Shown: one piece after another, positions 44,343 through 58,535 of the stretch
How positions within the stretch are numbered: the stretch's first letter is position 1
Layout of the letters: the number at the start of each line of letters is the position of its first letter
Assembly (NCBI RefSeq): GCF_009914755.1
Contig: NC_060929.1
Direction: 5' to 3' (one strand)
Length of the DNA: 64,000 nt
Source: the human T2T-CHM13v2.0 reference genome, Homo sapiens
Notes under the pieces: generated by a model
Seen by the model: only the letters and a program-made list of their open reading frames with translations
Databases searched by the model: none
What the model was told of the DNA's origin: nothing
Program-made: the position numbers and the translations under genes

Positions 44343-44514
44343 CTGATACTCTTTTGAGCCTGGAGAAAGGCGCTTTCTTTGTGCATCTAGTTTGATAAAT
44401 CTTCTAGCTACAGTCTCCATCCTGGCATGCAAAGCTCTGTACTCATCATACTCTGCATTGAAGTCATCCTTATAATTCTGGCGTTGCTCATAGGAGACGA
44501 TAGCGATATATTTT
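44343..44514 (-). CDS. ELL2: ELL2 coding exon 10 (172 bp; Occludin/ELL C-terminal domain, KYIAIVSYEQRQNYKDDFNAEY...SKEYQ)
   Basis: Core of ORF 44244..44567. Acceptor cttattag|AAAAT, donor CAG|gtaaa. Confidence 0.97.
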
Positions 44515-45389
44515 CTAATAAGAAAAAAGATAAATGGAGAGTAGCTACCCAATAAACATGATTGCACAAGTCTGAGATTTAAACCAAATATTTAGAGATT
44601 AGATCCATGCATGTGTCACTAATGTTTAATGCCACTCTGCCACTGGTTGGCTGCCAGGTCACTCCTCCAAACATCTTCCAGGTAAAATTATTACACAGAG
44701 TTTGAGAGCTTCAACGAAGGAGAGTAAATGTGGTAAAGACATGGTGGCAATGGAACTAAAATGCAACTAAGTAAAAAGAAAACAGTATTTACACAGATCT
44801 AGTTTCCTGAACCTTTCTCTATCCAAGATAATTCACTACCACACTAATGGTGGATGCTAACCCATCTGTTACAAGTCACAGAGAGACAGAAGGACTCAAT
44901 GGGTAATGTGAAACCAGGAGAATGTCACGCAGTCCGTGAGTGCTGAAAGTCAAAGCTCTCTCTGGACCTACTGCTTTATGAGAGGCAGTCTGTTGCTTGG
45001 CCTTTCAGATATGCTGCTAGCAGACATCTTCAACAAAGTGCCTCAGGCTTGCTTCCTCTATCCCTTTCCTCATATTTCTGACCAAGCAAATACATGAAAC
45101 ACAAAAGGGAAATTACCAACCATTCTGTAAAATGAGGGTTAGACCAAAAAAAGGCATATTTCTCTAGTTCTTTTCAAACATTTAAATGTCATACTATGTT
45201 GAACAAAAGCCAGTGTTGTACTATTAGTCCAACTTACTTTCTTAATAAAATGCCATAAATCTGTTTTACTTTGGGATGTAAATTACTCTTAACTGGTAAG
45301 AGAAGACCATTTTCCTAGAGCATCAGTTTATTCAATAATAAGTAAATTAAAACAGCATTTTATTATTAAACTTAGAATTACAGTATTAC

Positions 45390-45686
45390 TTTTTTTTTTT
45401 TTTTGAGACGGAGTCTTGCTCTGTCGCCCAGGCCAGAGGGCAGTGGCGCGATCTCAGCTCACTGCAACCTCTACCTCCTGGGCTCAACCGATTCTCGTGC
45501 CTCAGCCTCCTGAGTAGCTGAGATTACAGGTACATGCCACCATGCCCGGCTAATTTTTGTATTTTTAGTAGAGACAGGGTTTCGTCATGTTGCCCAGTCT
45601 GGTCTCGAACCCCTGGCCCCAAGTGATCCACCCGCCTTGGCCTCCCAAAGTGCTAGGATTATAGGCGTGAGCCACTGCGCCTGGCC
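45390..45686 (-). mobile_element. Alu (AluS/J)
   Basis: Full dimer; flanking repeat attacagtattactt. Confidence 0.92.
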
Positions 45687-46619
45687 TATTACATATTACA
45701 GTATTACTTATTTGTAGATCTGGGAACTGGGATCACATAAGGAACTGGCCTGGTTCTTTGCACTCTGTGTTCCTATCATTAATGCAAACTTCCCTTGAGT
45801 TTTTGAAATAAAAATTGAGATTTCAAAGCAATTTCAGGCAGGTGGCAGGAGATTCAGGATGCCCCTTGGGGGTACACATATATTCTTCACTGCCATAAAA
45901 TCTTGGAGTTCAGTCCTCTCCAAATGGTCTTATATAAGCCCATCAGTTTGTTTAAATTACTAATATCACAGACGCCTAGCAGAAAATGTGAGAAAAGTGA
46001 TGCAGTGAGCAAACTTAGTGTCCTCATTAATATTTTTATTCATGCTGAATTAGACAGTGTAGAGGTTTAATTTTCTAAGTATAATTGAGACAGTGATAGT
46101 CTGCTGATGTAAAGCTGCCCTCCTGGTGTCTTAGCTATAAAAGGTACACTGCCAGCCAAGCAGTGAAGCAGTCCTTCCTAGGCATGGGCTGTATTGACTG
46201 TACACCAGAGGGAGCCCCGGGGTAAAAAGAGGTTCCTGGGGATAAGCATATATTAGCAACACAGCTAAACCGATCTTAAAACTTAGACTTAATTTGTTAT
46301 ATATTTATCGTGCTTTCTCAAAAGCATACCTTCAGTATTTTATTTAATAATTTCCTTAGGGAAATTATTCAATGACCACAGTTGTGTGGTCAACAACTGT
46401 GTTGCTATTATAGAAGAGATTATTTGGTTACACTGGCATTTTTAAGAAAAAAGTTGTCCTACTTTTACGAAAAATTGTTGTAGTTCTACAGTTGGCTGTT
46501 TATGTGGTGATGGAAAAAATTTTAAACAGTTTTGATAGCTTAACTACAAGTAAAAGTATTCTTATTACATAAAAATTAGAAATATTTTCGTTAAGTATGA
46601 ATTATTCAAAGGTTGATAA

Positions 46620-46924
<305 letters not shown>

Positions 46925-47215
46925 TCGATCATTTAGGTTTTATAGTATATCCCTTTAGTTTTCTTATGAGGCAACTTAAGTTCTGTAGTTTTGGTAATTT
47001 TTCTGAAAATCCACGCTTTTTCACTATTTTTAGAAAATTTGCTATATCTATGTAAGACTAGTTTTTAGTTAATATAAATTGTGTTTATTTAAATAAATTA
47101 AGCGAACAATCACATAGTACTAGAAACATGACAAACATACAGAAATGCACCAAGGCAGATCCAGGAACCATCCTTAGATAAGTAACCTGAAAAAACCTTT
47201 TAAATATGAAATTAA

Positions 47216-47493
<278 letters not shown>

Positions 47494-48867
47494 GGGGGGA
47501 TTAACTAATGAACTTGGCAAAACACAACAGCCTTGAATCCATGGGCAAAAGTTTAGCATTGTTTTTTAGTTTCCCCACATGATTCTGTCGTATATAATAA
47601 GTATATGTCACTATTATAAAAAAGAATTCAAAAAAGAACAAGAGCACTGCATTGGCAGTTGCTACTCAAGGGGGCTGACATTTAAAGACTTCTAAGGAGA
47701 AGTCGTTTGCAGTTAAAGAGGTGAACCCCCTCAGCAGCAGAGCCAGAGGCTGTCCTGGAAGACTGGCTGCAGACAACTGACCCTTCCTGGGCCAACTAAG
47801 TGGTAGGTGATAGCTGCCTTTCAAGGCCCTCCTAGAGAACTCTAAAACCATACACTACCTCAGATGAGAGGGTACTCAGCAAGGTTTCTCAAGTTCCTGT
47901 TAGTTAAGAGATGATAACCAGCATTATGGTTTCATACTGTATCATTCCCCAATAAGTATAGCTTTCACACTACTGTTAAGCAGAAGTAACACATTTTAAA
48001 TCTAAAATGATCTTTACTCTGGAAATGAAAAGGGCTAAACAGCATAGTTTAACATTGTCCACCATGAGATGCTACTAATAGAAAAAAAGTGTTCAGACAG
48101 CCCAGATTCCATTTTCCCTTTTACATTCTAGCTATTTTGCACATTTGTTCATTTTCAAAGCTATCCAAAGTCAGATTTGTTTGCTCTTTCCCTCTCCATT
48201 TTTCCAGGCTCTTGCAACTTAATTATTTTCTTCTTACAGAGGCCTTTTATTCTGCAAAAAAGCTAGAATTATGTGTCCAAGTTATAATTTCTGTGATAAC
48301 CAGTTACAAAAATGTCCCCAGCTCAGCATTTAGCAACTTGTTGTCACAACAAGAAAACATTATAACCATTACTAAATTGAAATGATCAGATTTTACTCTT
48401 ATCTCCTCTAAAAATTAATTTGAGGGCAGAACTTAAATAAAAATCAATCTATCTTTACACTTTGTATTATTATGTGCAGAGGTTCAAGCACTTTGTCAGC
48501 AGTAAACCATCCCTTTGGGGGACCCAAGTGAATGACTGTGCATTGATAAGACTGTCAGCTTTGAAGAGTCAGATCCCTAAAATCTTTCATAATCAAATGC
48601 TTAGCCTGGCCCCAGAACAAAGGACAGGATTCTCTATACTTAAAGGCCAACGAATACAGCTCAGAGCGGGGGGAGGCACAACCTGCTCATGCAGACAAGG
48701 GTAGATTTGGGATGAGCAGGCTAAATGGCAGCCTTTCAATTGCAAGGGTGGCTCCAGGACTCTATTTCTGGAACTTCTTACTTTTCTGATTTGCAAATTA
48801 TGGGAAAAGAATTTGCAAACTTTCTAAAATTAAGCCGCTCTCTCCATTGGCAGACATATGAACTTAC

Positions 48868-48931
48868 ATCAAATAATCTGGGAGTTCAATTGCTGAAGGT
48901 TCCATGGAGGCAGTGCAATCCTCTTTAACTC
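48868..48931 (-). CDS. ELL2: ELL2 coding exon 9 (64 bp; VKEDCTASMEPSAIELPDYL)
   Basis: Acceptor ttcttcatag|GAGTT, donor TTGAT|gtaag; phases 1 and 2 fit the flanking exons. Confidence 0.95.
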
Positions 48932-51479
48932 CTATGAAGAAAAAAAACAAAATCAGAGCATTCATCAACTACGAAGGTTATCAAATGCCTGTAATTCTAA
49001 AATAGATTAGAAACATCTGGAACACTTTTCCTCAAATTCTATTCTTCCATCTCAATAAGCAACAGTGAGCAAGGAATACAATTGAACATGAACAATAGAG
49101 GCCCTATGACCAGCGCCAGCAGAACCGACGCCAGGCATTTAAAGCACCCTGGCTACTGCAGTGTCTGCACAATAAAGGAATTCCATCTTAACCCAAGGTC
49201 AGTCTTCTATTCTTTCAACAACAGTTGTGGCATCTGCCCAGCAATTCAAAGATTGTGGTGGCAGATGCAGCCAGACAATGGGAGATACAAATTTTACATC
49301 AACATCTACTTTTCATGGGATTCAAACAAGGCGGATGAGACAATAGAGTCAGGTAGCCGACTGCTTTGGTCACTGTATTTTTATTGCCTCCCTTTTTTGT
49401 ATGCAGACAGTGGAATTTGGTAGAAAGTTTTCCCATTGGTTTAAAGTAATTTAAAATAAGGTATTATTGAATGTCGATTTATATTCCTATAATCTCTAGC
49501 ACTCATAACACTAAACAGATTTTTTTTTTTTTAAGGACAAAAGAAGTGCTAAACATTGTGGCTACACAGTGAAAGTATGTAAATCCCTCAGTATGCCATT
49601 TGCTTAAATGCACCATGTCCAGAGGATATGTTTAGATTCTTTATCAGGGTAATTTTTTATCATTGAAAGTAGGGTTAAACTGATAACTCAAACCCTAATC
49701 ATGCCCACTGGCAAAACATATAAAAGTGAATGTTAGGTAATTTCTCGGTTTAATATTTTAAAGGACAAAGTACCCTAAACAAATATTAATACATAGACTC
49801 TGAGTGCATGCTGCTCACCTATAAATTCATGCTTGGGTAAAAGAACATGCTTTTACGATAGTCTGAGTCTTAAAGAGAAAGGCATCAAGTGCAGGTCACC
49901 TGGCTTCCCTTCTGCCATAGACACCAGATAAATTCCAAAAAATGCAGGGGATGTGGGTCTAGAGCTTTCCTAACTTTGTAATTATCGCAACTGGTTCTGA
50001 AAGTTACTATATCCTCAGTAAAGAATTCAAAGAGACTAAGTCTGCTTCTCCAGGTCTCCAACTCTGAGAACACTTGGAACTCTGATGTAGATCTCAACAT
50101 ACTGAAATCCAGTTTTCCTGTCTCTAGCCTTTGACTCAGAAGCACCACCTGAGGGTGGAAAGTGTGGAGAGTGGAGTTTACCCAGTGGCTTATGAACTCT
50201 GAACATAGAGTTCTACTTCATTTCTTTTCCTGACCTGACAAATTCAACTATAAGAGTGTTGAGGGAAAAAGCTTACACCTACCTTTTGTGCCATTACATA
50301 GTATTATATTGACTGAAATATTTAAACAGAAATGCTTTGACATGCAATGTATCCAATCTAGATCAAGAAAAGCACATATCATATCATATTCTACAGCGGC
50401 TTCTTTGGAAGTAACACTAAAAGAAAATAGAGCTTCTCTCATATGGCAAAGATGGTCAATTAAATCTAAGGATTACAGACTTTCAGAATCATGAGCAAAA
50501 TACAGAAAGACAACACTCCTTATAACTCTACTCATTAAAGTAATTTTTCCAAAGCCATATTTTCCTATGGAATTTTGCCTTAGTTATTCTGGTTTTAAAA
50601 CTGGCAGCAATGCCAAATGGTGAACTTGGATCTTCTATGTGGTGGCATGCAAGGAATTAAGTTTTAGAGGACATATTTTTTAAATAAGAAAAATCTAATT
50701 TTGTCAGTTTTTAACACTCAGGACATCTTAGGCAAGCAAGCTTTTTATGAATTAGCTTTTCTTTAGAGGTAAAGCTTTAAGTTTCTTTGGATCTCTAGAT
50801 ATTTAGCATTTAAGCTCCTAAAGCTTTGAAATGGCTAATTTTACAAATAACAATTGATGTTAGTTCACTAAAACAGGACTCTCAAAATTGGGGGAAAAAC
50901 CCCTAAACCTTAAGATCTATTAAGCGAACGCTAGCCAACAGTCTTGCAAAAGACAAAGTGTTTTCACTCTAAATAAAGATGATGTTATGAATCTGCAAAT
51001 GAAATTTTATCTTGGCCTGATTTATTAAAAAGTTGACCTTTCCCCTGTGCTAATATTAATTGAAGCAAGGGTGACCCTGTTTCATTGAGAAAGAAGGAAA
51101 TGAATATTCTTATTGCAAATTGTGTCTGATTAAATCAGTTCAAGAATGGCATATAATAGGTCATGCTGAGGCTGCACAATATCATAACAGATATGGAAAA
51201 GAATGTTAAAGGTCCACCTTCCAAAAAGGAGTCTCAAGTATGACAGTCATTTTCAAATGCCATTCTTATTAATATAGAAATCATGTTTAATAGTTGGCCA
51301 AAAAGAGATGGAAAACAACTGCTGTAAAATGAAAAAAAAAAAAAAAAACTGCTCAAAAGCACAACACTAAGATTAATAATTAAATGAAACGTCATTTGCT
51401 AAAGAAATTACTAATTATAAACTGTGTAATTTCAAACTCATGATAGCATGCACTTCTGGTTCATCTAAAGGTAAAATAC

Positions 51480-52050
51480 CTCCACTGGAATTTGGACTGG
51501 AGTTATTTAGCTTGGCAATTTCCTCTTCTCTCTTAAGATCTTCCTCCTTTTCCTCAATAGTCTCAATGTCGTGCTTTTTTATTTGGTCCTTTTCCTTATG
51601 TTTTTTAGACTTCTTTTTGGACTTTTTGTGAGACATTGAATGGTTTTCTTCCATAGGCTTTGGACACTTTAGTAGAACGGAACCAGGGGGTAAGGTTTCC
51701 AGAGAAGTCCTAGAGGTATATTTGTCTTGCTGGTCCTCATAGATACTATCGTTTTGACTAAAACTGTCAACAGGTAGGTCTTGAGTCCCCCGGCCTTCTG
51801 GAGTGCTAGGGGAGTTGGAGTTAGAATTTACAATCTGAGGAGGATGTGAGATGGGCAGATAGGTTGAAGGCAGCGGTGGAGGGGTAGGGATGGCAGCAGC
51901 CGCAGGGGGCAGCGGGAGGCCTGCAGCAGATTTTTCACTGGTGGGATTCAAATGACCATTTAGTGTTGGTGGTACTCTGTTCGTCAGGTGAGATATTCGG
52001 GCTTTTTTATTCATTAAAGGATCAATAAACTCTGAATCCAAAAGCCGTTT
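51480..52050 (-). CDS. ELL2: ELL2 coding exon 8 (571 bp; Pro/Ser-rich and Lys-rich regions)
   Basis: ORF 51415..52041 gives DSEFIDPLMNKKARISHL...KKSKKKSKKHKEK...NSSG. Acceptor cccctag|AAACGG, donor GGAG|gtattt. Confidence 0.97.
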
Positions 52051-53932
52051 CTAGGGGAGGGAAAAGGAGAAAAGTGAGCCAGTTTGCACTAAAATTAAAT
52101 AAATTCAATACATGCATGGCTGGTTAAACAACTAAGTAACCTTACTTACTATTAATATTACCAGGGTTGTAATATTACACGCTTTCTTCATGCTTAAGCA
52201 AAAAACAAACAAACAAAAAACCCAAACAAAAACTAAACCAGAACAACAACAACACAAAACCAAATGTGAAATACATTTTCATGTTTAATGTCAAAAAGCA
52301 GAATCTGGCAAATGTTTCTTGAAGTGCTTACTGAATTCTTTCTAATCATACAGCTTTACCCTAAGTTCCAAGAGAGACTATGCTGATTTATGTGGATTAT
52401 ACCACTCAGGAGAGTATTAAACAGAGGCAGTCACCCTCCATTGCTGGCTGTGGTTGACCTAGTTATATTAAATGAGAAGAGAAAGCAATTTGTGCCGTTT
52501 GACTCTGTGAGAACTAACACAGCTAGGTAAAGGGCAATAGCCTGCACTTATTTTAATCTTTAATGGGCTAAAATGCTCCAGTTAAGAGTATTTTGGCTGT
52601 CATTTATCATTCCACCTGTCTTAGAGTGGGAACAGCCAGCACTTTCAGAATAGTTTCTCTAATTATCTCTATCACTGTTGAAATGCTATTTAATTTTTTT
52701 TTTTACCGTTACATATCTCTTTACCAGATTGGAAGATAAGTCTTAATAATTGGTCCATTAAAATTAGGTGGAAGTACTTTAAAAAAAATCATGGTAATAG
52801 TAGCCTAATCTGTCAACAACAATAATAGTATTTAAGTTAAAAAGGAAATTTAGATAGTTGAAAACTATAAAATATAAATTCACATTTATGCTTAAATGTA
52901 ATGCTGTAGCTTGTATTCTGGCTTGAAAGAAAATAATGGTTAATCAACTCATTATTTTGTTTTCAATTTAACACCATTTATTTGGCACCTAGTATATAAT
53001 TTGATCAGAGTAGAAGTAGTTTCATAATAGTTGGCATTAAAAGTGAGACTTCCACAGACATTGTATATATGCAAGGACAGACCTGCTTTTTTTCCTTTTT
53101 CTTTTTTGTTCCCCCTCTGTTCCTCACAATAAGTTTCTAATATTTTCTGATGTGCGAATGGCTGTTTGCCCAGGGTATGCTTAGTGTTCTCCACACATCT
53201 GTGGGCTTCTCACTAATTCTTGGGAGTAAGGTCCAGAGAGAGAGAGGGAAGACACTGTGTCAGCAGTACTGGGGTGGGGAGGTGCGTCCCACTGTCTGTC
53301 AAAAGCACCCAGAACACCGAGAGAGTTCTGAGTTTGGCCAATCAGCTGAGAATCAGGCAGGCTTCACTCTAGTACTGCCTAGGACCTTCTCACCTTTTTC
53401 TTGGATGAGCTGAATCTCTTGGGGGAAAACTCTAAACTGGAGAAGAATCTGATTGGGAGTACTCTGATAAGGATCCAATTAAAAAGAAAACATGGAAACA
53501 TGCCATCATTTTTGTTTATTTGTTGATTGTAAATCCATTTTCCCCAAAAAATATTCTTCTGGAACATGTTGACAGACAAAATTAAGTATCTTCAATTTTC
53601 CATATAATCTGATAATTGTTTGGGACTGGGTAAGTCTTCTAGTTAGTGACCAAATTGGAAAGTAGATAATCTTACAACAAAATGTAAACTTTAAAAATGG
53701 AAAGCAAGGTAGACATTAAGTACTCTGACAAGCAGTGCTGTGTAGTGGAGAAAGTTCTGGGCTGGAAGCCAAGACCTAAATTCTAGGCTAAGCTCAGCCA
53801 TAACCAGATGGCTTTGGGCAGGCAAGCTGTCCAGCTTCTCCGGGTCTCATTTCCTTCACTTATACATCAGAGGACCTGATTAGAGGCCCCTAATATCTAT
53901 GTCAGGTCTATAATTCTATGTTTATGACATAC

Positions 53933-54020
53933 CTGAGGAGAAGATACAGCGTCTCTACTAGAACATACAGGAGATTCTGAACGGCTGGTGCCTGCAGCAT
54001 TCTGAGACGGATTTAGTTTT
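53933..54020 (-). CDS. ELL2: ELL2 coding exon 7 (88 bp; KLNPSQNAAGTSRSESPVCSSRDAVSSPQ)
   Basis: Acceptor tttacag|AAAACTA, donor CAG|gtatg; phase matches the neighbouring exons. Confidence 0.96.
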
Positions 54021-54195
54021 CTGTAAAGGACACACATGTTATGTGTTAAGGAGATGATTTAAAAATGTTCATGATAGAAAGCTTGCCTTGCTTCCCTTCC
54101 CACCTTAACACTAAAATAACAATGACTAAAATAATGACTTATTTCCATAATTTTTAAAGAAACATTTTTTTAAAAGCAAGAAAAAAAGAATTCAC

Positions 54196-54320
54196 CTAGA
54201 GAGCACTGACTCCAATGACCGTCTGTCTATTTCACTGTATCCAGGCCAGTCTCTTTGAAGCTCTTTAAAAACATAATCCTTTAAGGTATATGAGAGGTCC
54301 TTAGAATTCAGATTGGCTAC
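54196..54320 (-). CDS. ELL2: ELL2 coding exon 6 (125 bp; VANLNSKDLSYTLKDYVFKELQRDWPGYSEIDRRSLESVLS(R))
   Basis: Acceptor catactag|GTAGCC, donor TCTAG|gtgaa; in frame with exons 5 and 7. Confidence 0.96.
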
Positions 54321-54647
54321 CTAGTATGAGGTATAAAAACAGAGCATTAGGTATTTTTACTATCATCTCCTAACCTAAAACAGGCAACCTTTAGGATTTA
54401 CACTGAAAATAATTACATCAATTGGCCCCAAAGGGACTGCTAGTTTTGTATTATATGCCAGATCTCAATAAATGCCATTAACTTCATTTTGGGAATTAAA
54501 GCTTTATATACACAGCTAAATGTTTTTTTCCCAGAATGGCCATTGCATTTTTAATATTTCTAATCAGATAATAAGCCCATATTAGGAAAAAAGTGAAGAT
54601 TTTAAAAAAATCAATTATTTTAGTCAAAGGAATCCAAAACAGTTGTA

Positions 54648-55291
54648 CAGTAGTCCCCTCCTTATCTTCAAAGGATACACTCAAACACCCCCAGTCGATG
54701 CCTAAAAACTCCGATGGTAACGAACCCTATATATACTGTTTTTTTCTTATACATACATACCTGATAGTTTAATTTATAAATTAGGCATGGTAAGAGATTA
54801 ACAATAACTACTAATAAAATAGAGCAATTATGCCAACATGCTGGCAACACTACTCTTGCGCTTTGGGGCCATTACTAAGTAAAATAAGGATTACTTGAAC
54901 ACAAGTACTATGATATTACAACAGTCGATTTGAAAACGGAGATGGCTAGTGACTAATGGGGGACATACAGAGGGTTATCCAATCCACTGCTGTGGTATCT
55001 CAGTGCATGTGTCCAGGTAACCCTTACTGCACTTAATAATGGCCCAAGATGGCTACCAAGTGACTAATGAGTGGGTAGCATCTACAATGTAAAGCTAAAC
55101 AAAGGGATGATTCACATCCTGGGCGGGACAGAGCAGGACAATGTGAGGTCTCATCACGTTTCTCAGAACAGCGTGCTACTTAAAACTAACAAAATGTTTA
55201 CTTCTGAAATTTTCCTTTTAATATTTTTGGATCATGGTTGACCATAGGTAACTGAAACCCCAGAAAGTGAAACCACGGATAAGGACTACTG
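54648..55291 (-). mobile_element. MER44-type (Tigger-derived) DNA transposon with both TIRs
   Basis: Ends cagtagtcccctccttatc and ggataaggactactg are inverted repeats, with TA dinucleotide TSDs on both sides. Confidence 0.8.
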
Positions 55292-56029
55292 TATTACCAA
55301 CATCCTTATTTACTTCTGGGCAATTGAGTCCATTACTTTTGAGTCACAATAAAAATCCTTGATCACTTGTATTAAGTAGAAACCAAACAGTGCCCAAATG
55401 TTGGGTTACAAACTTTCCTTTCAGTCATCAACCAAACACTGTCTTCATAAATAGTATCAATTCTGATAACCTTGTCTGTCTTTCTTTGGATAACCACGCT
55501 TGCTCCTTATATCTGCCAGTTCTCCTGAAGAACCACTTACTCAAAGTCCTTGAAATTCCCCAAACCAATAAATGAAAACATATGCCTAGAGAACCCCCAA
55601 ATTACTGTTATTAGTCAGCCAGTTTATTCCGAAGTGTAATCTTTTCTTATCCCTTAACTGCAATTCCTAGAGTTTCGCGGCTTAGCCATTAACTAACTAC
55701 ACAAACATACAGGTTCACGTGCCAAACCAAAAGTAATTAATTTTTAAGGCTAGGAGAAAATTACTCTTGCTTATGACTTCCTACTGGAATAGATCATTCT
55801 TTCTGTGTCTTTTAAAAGTACTAACAAATATGATAGTTTATGCTTCTCACAACTTAGCTGAACACTATTCTAACAGTAATGTTTCTATTAAGGAGAAAAT
55901 AGGTTTATCTTAAAATTCAAATTTGCAAAATTCAAATTTGCAAATAAGTTAATATAGTATACACCCAGATTTCTTGAGGTGGAATAAACACAATCCATCA
56001 ATTTTCTTTTTTCTTTCTTCTTACTCTTT

Positions 56030-56322
56030 TTCATTTTTTGAGACAAGGTCTCACTCTGTCACCCAGGCTGGAGTCCAGTGGCAGGAACATGGCTCACTGC
56101 AGCCTTGACTTCTTGGGCTCAGGTGGTACTCCCACCTCAGCCTCCTGAGTAGCTGGGACTACAGGTGGACACCACTATGCCCGGCTAGTTTTTGTATTTT
56201 GTATTTTTTGTAGAGATGGGGTTTCACCATATTGTGTAGACTGGTCTCAAACTCCCGGGCTCAAGCAATCTTCCCTTGGCCTCCTAAAGTGCTGGGATTA
56301 TAGGTGTGAGCCACTACGCCCC
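56030..56322 (-). mobile_element. AluJ-like
   Basis: acaaggtctcactctgtc...ggctcactgcagccttgacttcttgggctca. Confidence 0.9.
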
Positions 56323-56415
56323 ACTGGCAATGCTTCCATTTTCTTTTACCCCCAGCACTACACACATTGACACCCCCACCCCCACAGCAATCCATTTTCT
56401 AGGTTTTTGTAATAG

Positions 56416-56769
<354 letters not shown>

Positions 56770-56829
56770 TAGGACCTTTGTTTTTTAAGTCTCTGTTTCT
56801 CAATCCTCTATATGTTGAAATGCTAAAGT

Positions 56830-57550
56830 ACTTAGTGCCTGTTTTCTGCTCTGTTTTCCTCATTCTGTTCATTTCCTCCTAAGATGATTTCATTAAGTTT
56901 GAAGACTTTCAATACCCAATATATATGCTGCTAATTCCTAAATTTATAACTCTAGCCCCAACTATCCTCTGACAACCACACCCTTACATATAACTATCTA
57001 CTGACATCTATCTCCACTTGGATATGTCTAATAGACATCTTCCAAATGGAGTCTATATAAGACAGAATTCCTGATCCTCTTCTCCCCCTTAATCCTACTT
57101 CTTTTCCATCCTTCCGCATCTCAGTCAATGGCTCAATATCCATTCAATTGCTCAGCCAAAAACCTAGCTATAATCACAGATTCCGTTCTTCCCCTCATTG
57201 TCTCCCTACACCTAACCGTTAGCAAGTCTTATCACAAAATATTAGGCTCTTTAAGTAGTCTCTCTCCTCTACTCCTGCCCCTCCAAGCCATTCTTGCCGT
57301 AGAAGTCTTAAATGCAGTCTAAATGCAGTCTAAAATGCAGCCATCTGAGAAAAGGTTCCCTGATCTCTCCACTTAAAGCAGAGGATTCCTTCCCCAGCTC
57401 CTTTCAACTCCTCACTGGTCCTGAAATTGTCTCATGAATAAGCTCCATGAGGGCAGGGTTTCTATTGGGGTTACTTTGGGATTCCAGCATTTAAAACAGT
57501 GTCTGGTACACTGTAGGTACTTAATAAGTTGAATTGAATGAATGAATGTT
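56830..57550 (+). mobile_element. L2 fragments
   Basis: tatctactgacatctatctccacttggatatgtctaatagacatct...aagctccatgagggcagg...gaatgaatgaatg. Confidence 0.65.
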
Positions 57551-58227
57551 GAGCTTGAGCCAAATATCCAAATGTTAAGCTGGATACATTATTCAACTTT
57601 ATCTAGTTTCTGATTGTTAAAATTTAGTTTTTCCATAAAAGGTCATTCTAAGAAAAAAAGGTTTTATTAATACATACCAGTTTAATAATAAACAGCAATA
57701 CACAAATTTCCTGGTGGATGTTAAGCACTTTTAAATTTAGGTACAAATTTTACCGGGAGCCAACATCTTAGTTTATTTTAAAAACCTATTACTTTGATGA
57801 ATTAATAATGTCCACAGGGTTCTGAAAACTACTGTGTAAGTAACAAATAAGCAAATTATCTCTACTGGCACAGGCAAAGCCTGATTAATTATTTTAGGTA
57901 ACTTGTTTCCCAACTAGTTTGTCTGGGACAGAATAACCAATTTTGGGATGATTTGTATGTATCTTGCGGCTCTTCTTTTCTCTGGTGCCTACTTTTGGTC
58001 AGTTTTATTAGAGCAAAGTCATTTTATTTTTTTTTGTTAGCTGCTAGCAATGTTCAGGAAAGGGAATTTAGGTATAATTGGTTTATGTCAAAGTTATGAA
58101 TATGCCTGATATCTTTCTTGGGAGGATAAATGAGATCGTGCACGTGAAATGCCTAGCACTGTGCCTGGCACATAGTATATGCTCAAAAAATGGTCGATGT
58201 TGTTAGCCTTTCTGTGTTTTCACTAGG

Positions 58228-58400
58228 CCAGTGGTTTCAGCTCGTATATTAGAATCATTAGGGCCATATAGAATATGAGTGCCTAGGCCCCACCTTCAGA
58301 TACTTGGCTTTTGTTGGTCTCAGGTGGAGTTCAGGCACTGGCATGTTTTAAAGGCTACCCAAGGGATTCTAATATGTTACCAGGATGAGATGATGCTCTA
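58228..58400. mobile_element. MER5-type MITE
   Basis: ccagtggtttcag...attagaatca...gcctaggccccacc...gattctaatatg. Confidence 0.55.
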
Positions 58401-58473
58401 GATTCTATCAAATGATCAACACTAATAACTCTCATGCCTCGCTTGGGGGTAAAGTTTATCTACACTTTGAGAT

Positions 58474-58535
58474 ACGCGCACACACACACACACACGTATA
58501 TATATATATATTTAGATATCTATATGTATATACAC
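58474..58535. repeat. (CA)n(TA)n microsatellite
   Basis: Directly visible. Confidence 0.85.

Noticed and set aside
49082-49423. 113-aa plus-strand ORF antisense to ELL2 intron 8
   Set aside because: No domain, splice or promoter support; may be non-coding regulatory sequence, which cannot be judged without conservation data.
49885-50148. 87-aa minus-strand ORF starting exactly at the cryptic acceptor
   Set aside because: It is in phase 0 while intron 8 is phase 1, so it would not be read in frame with ELL2. Kept only as the poison-exon candidate.
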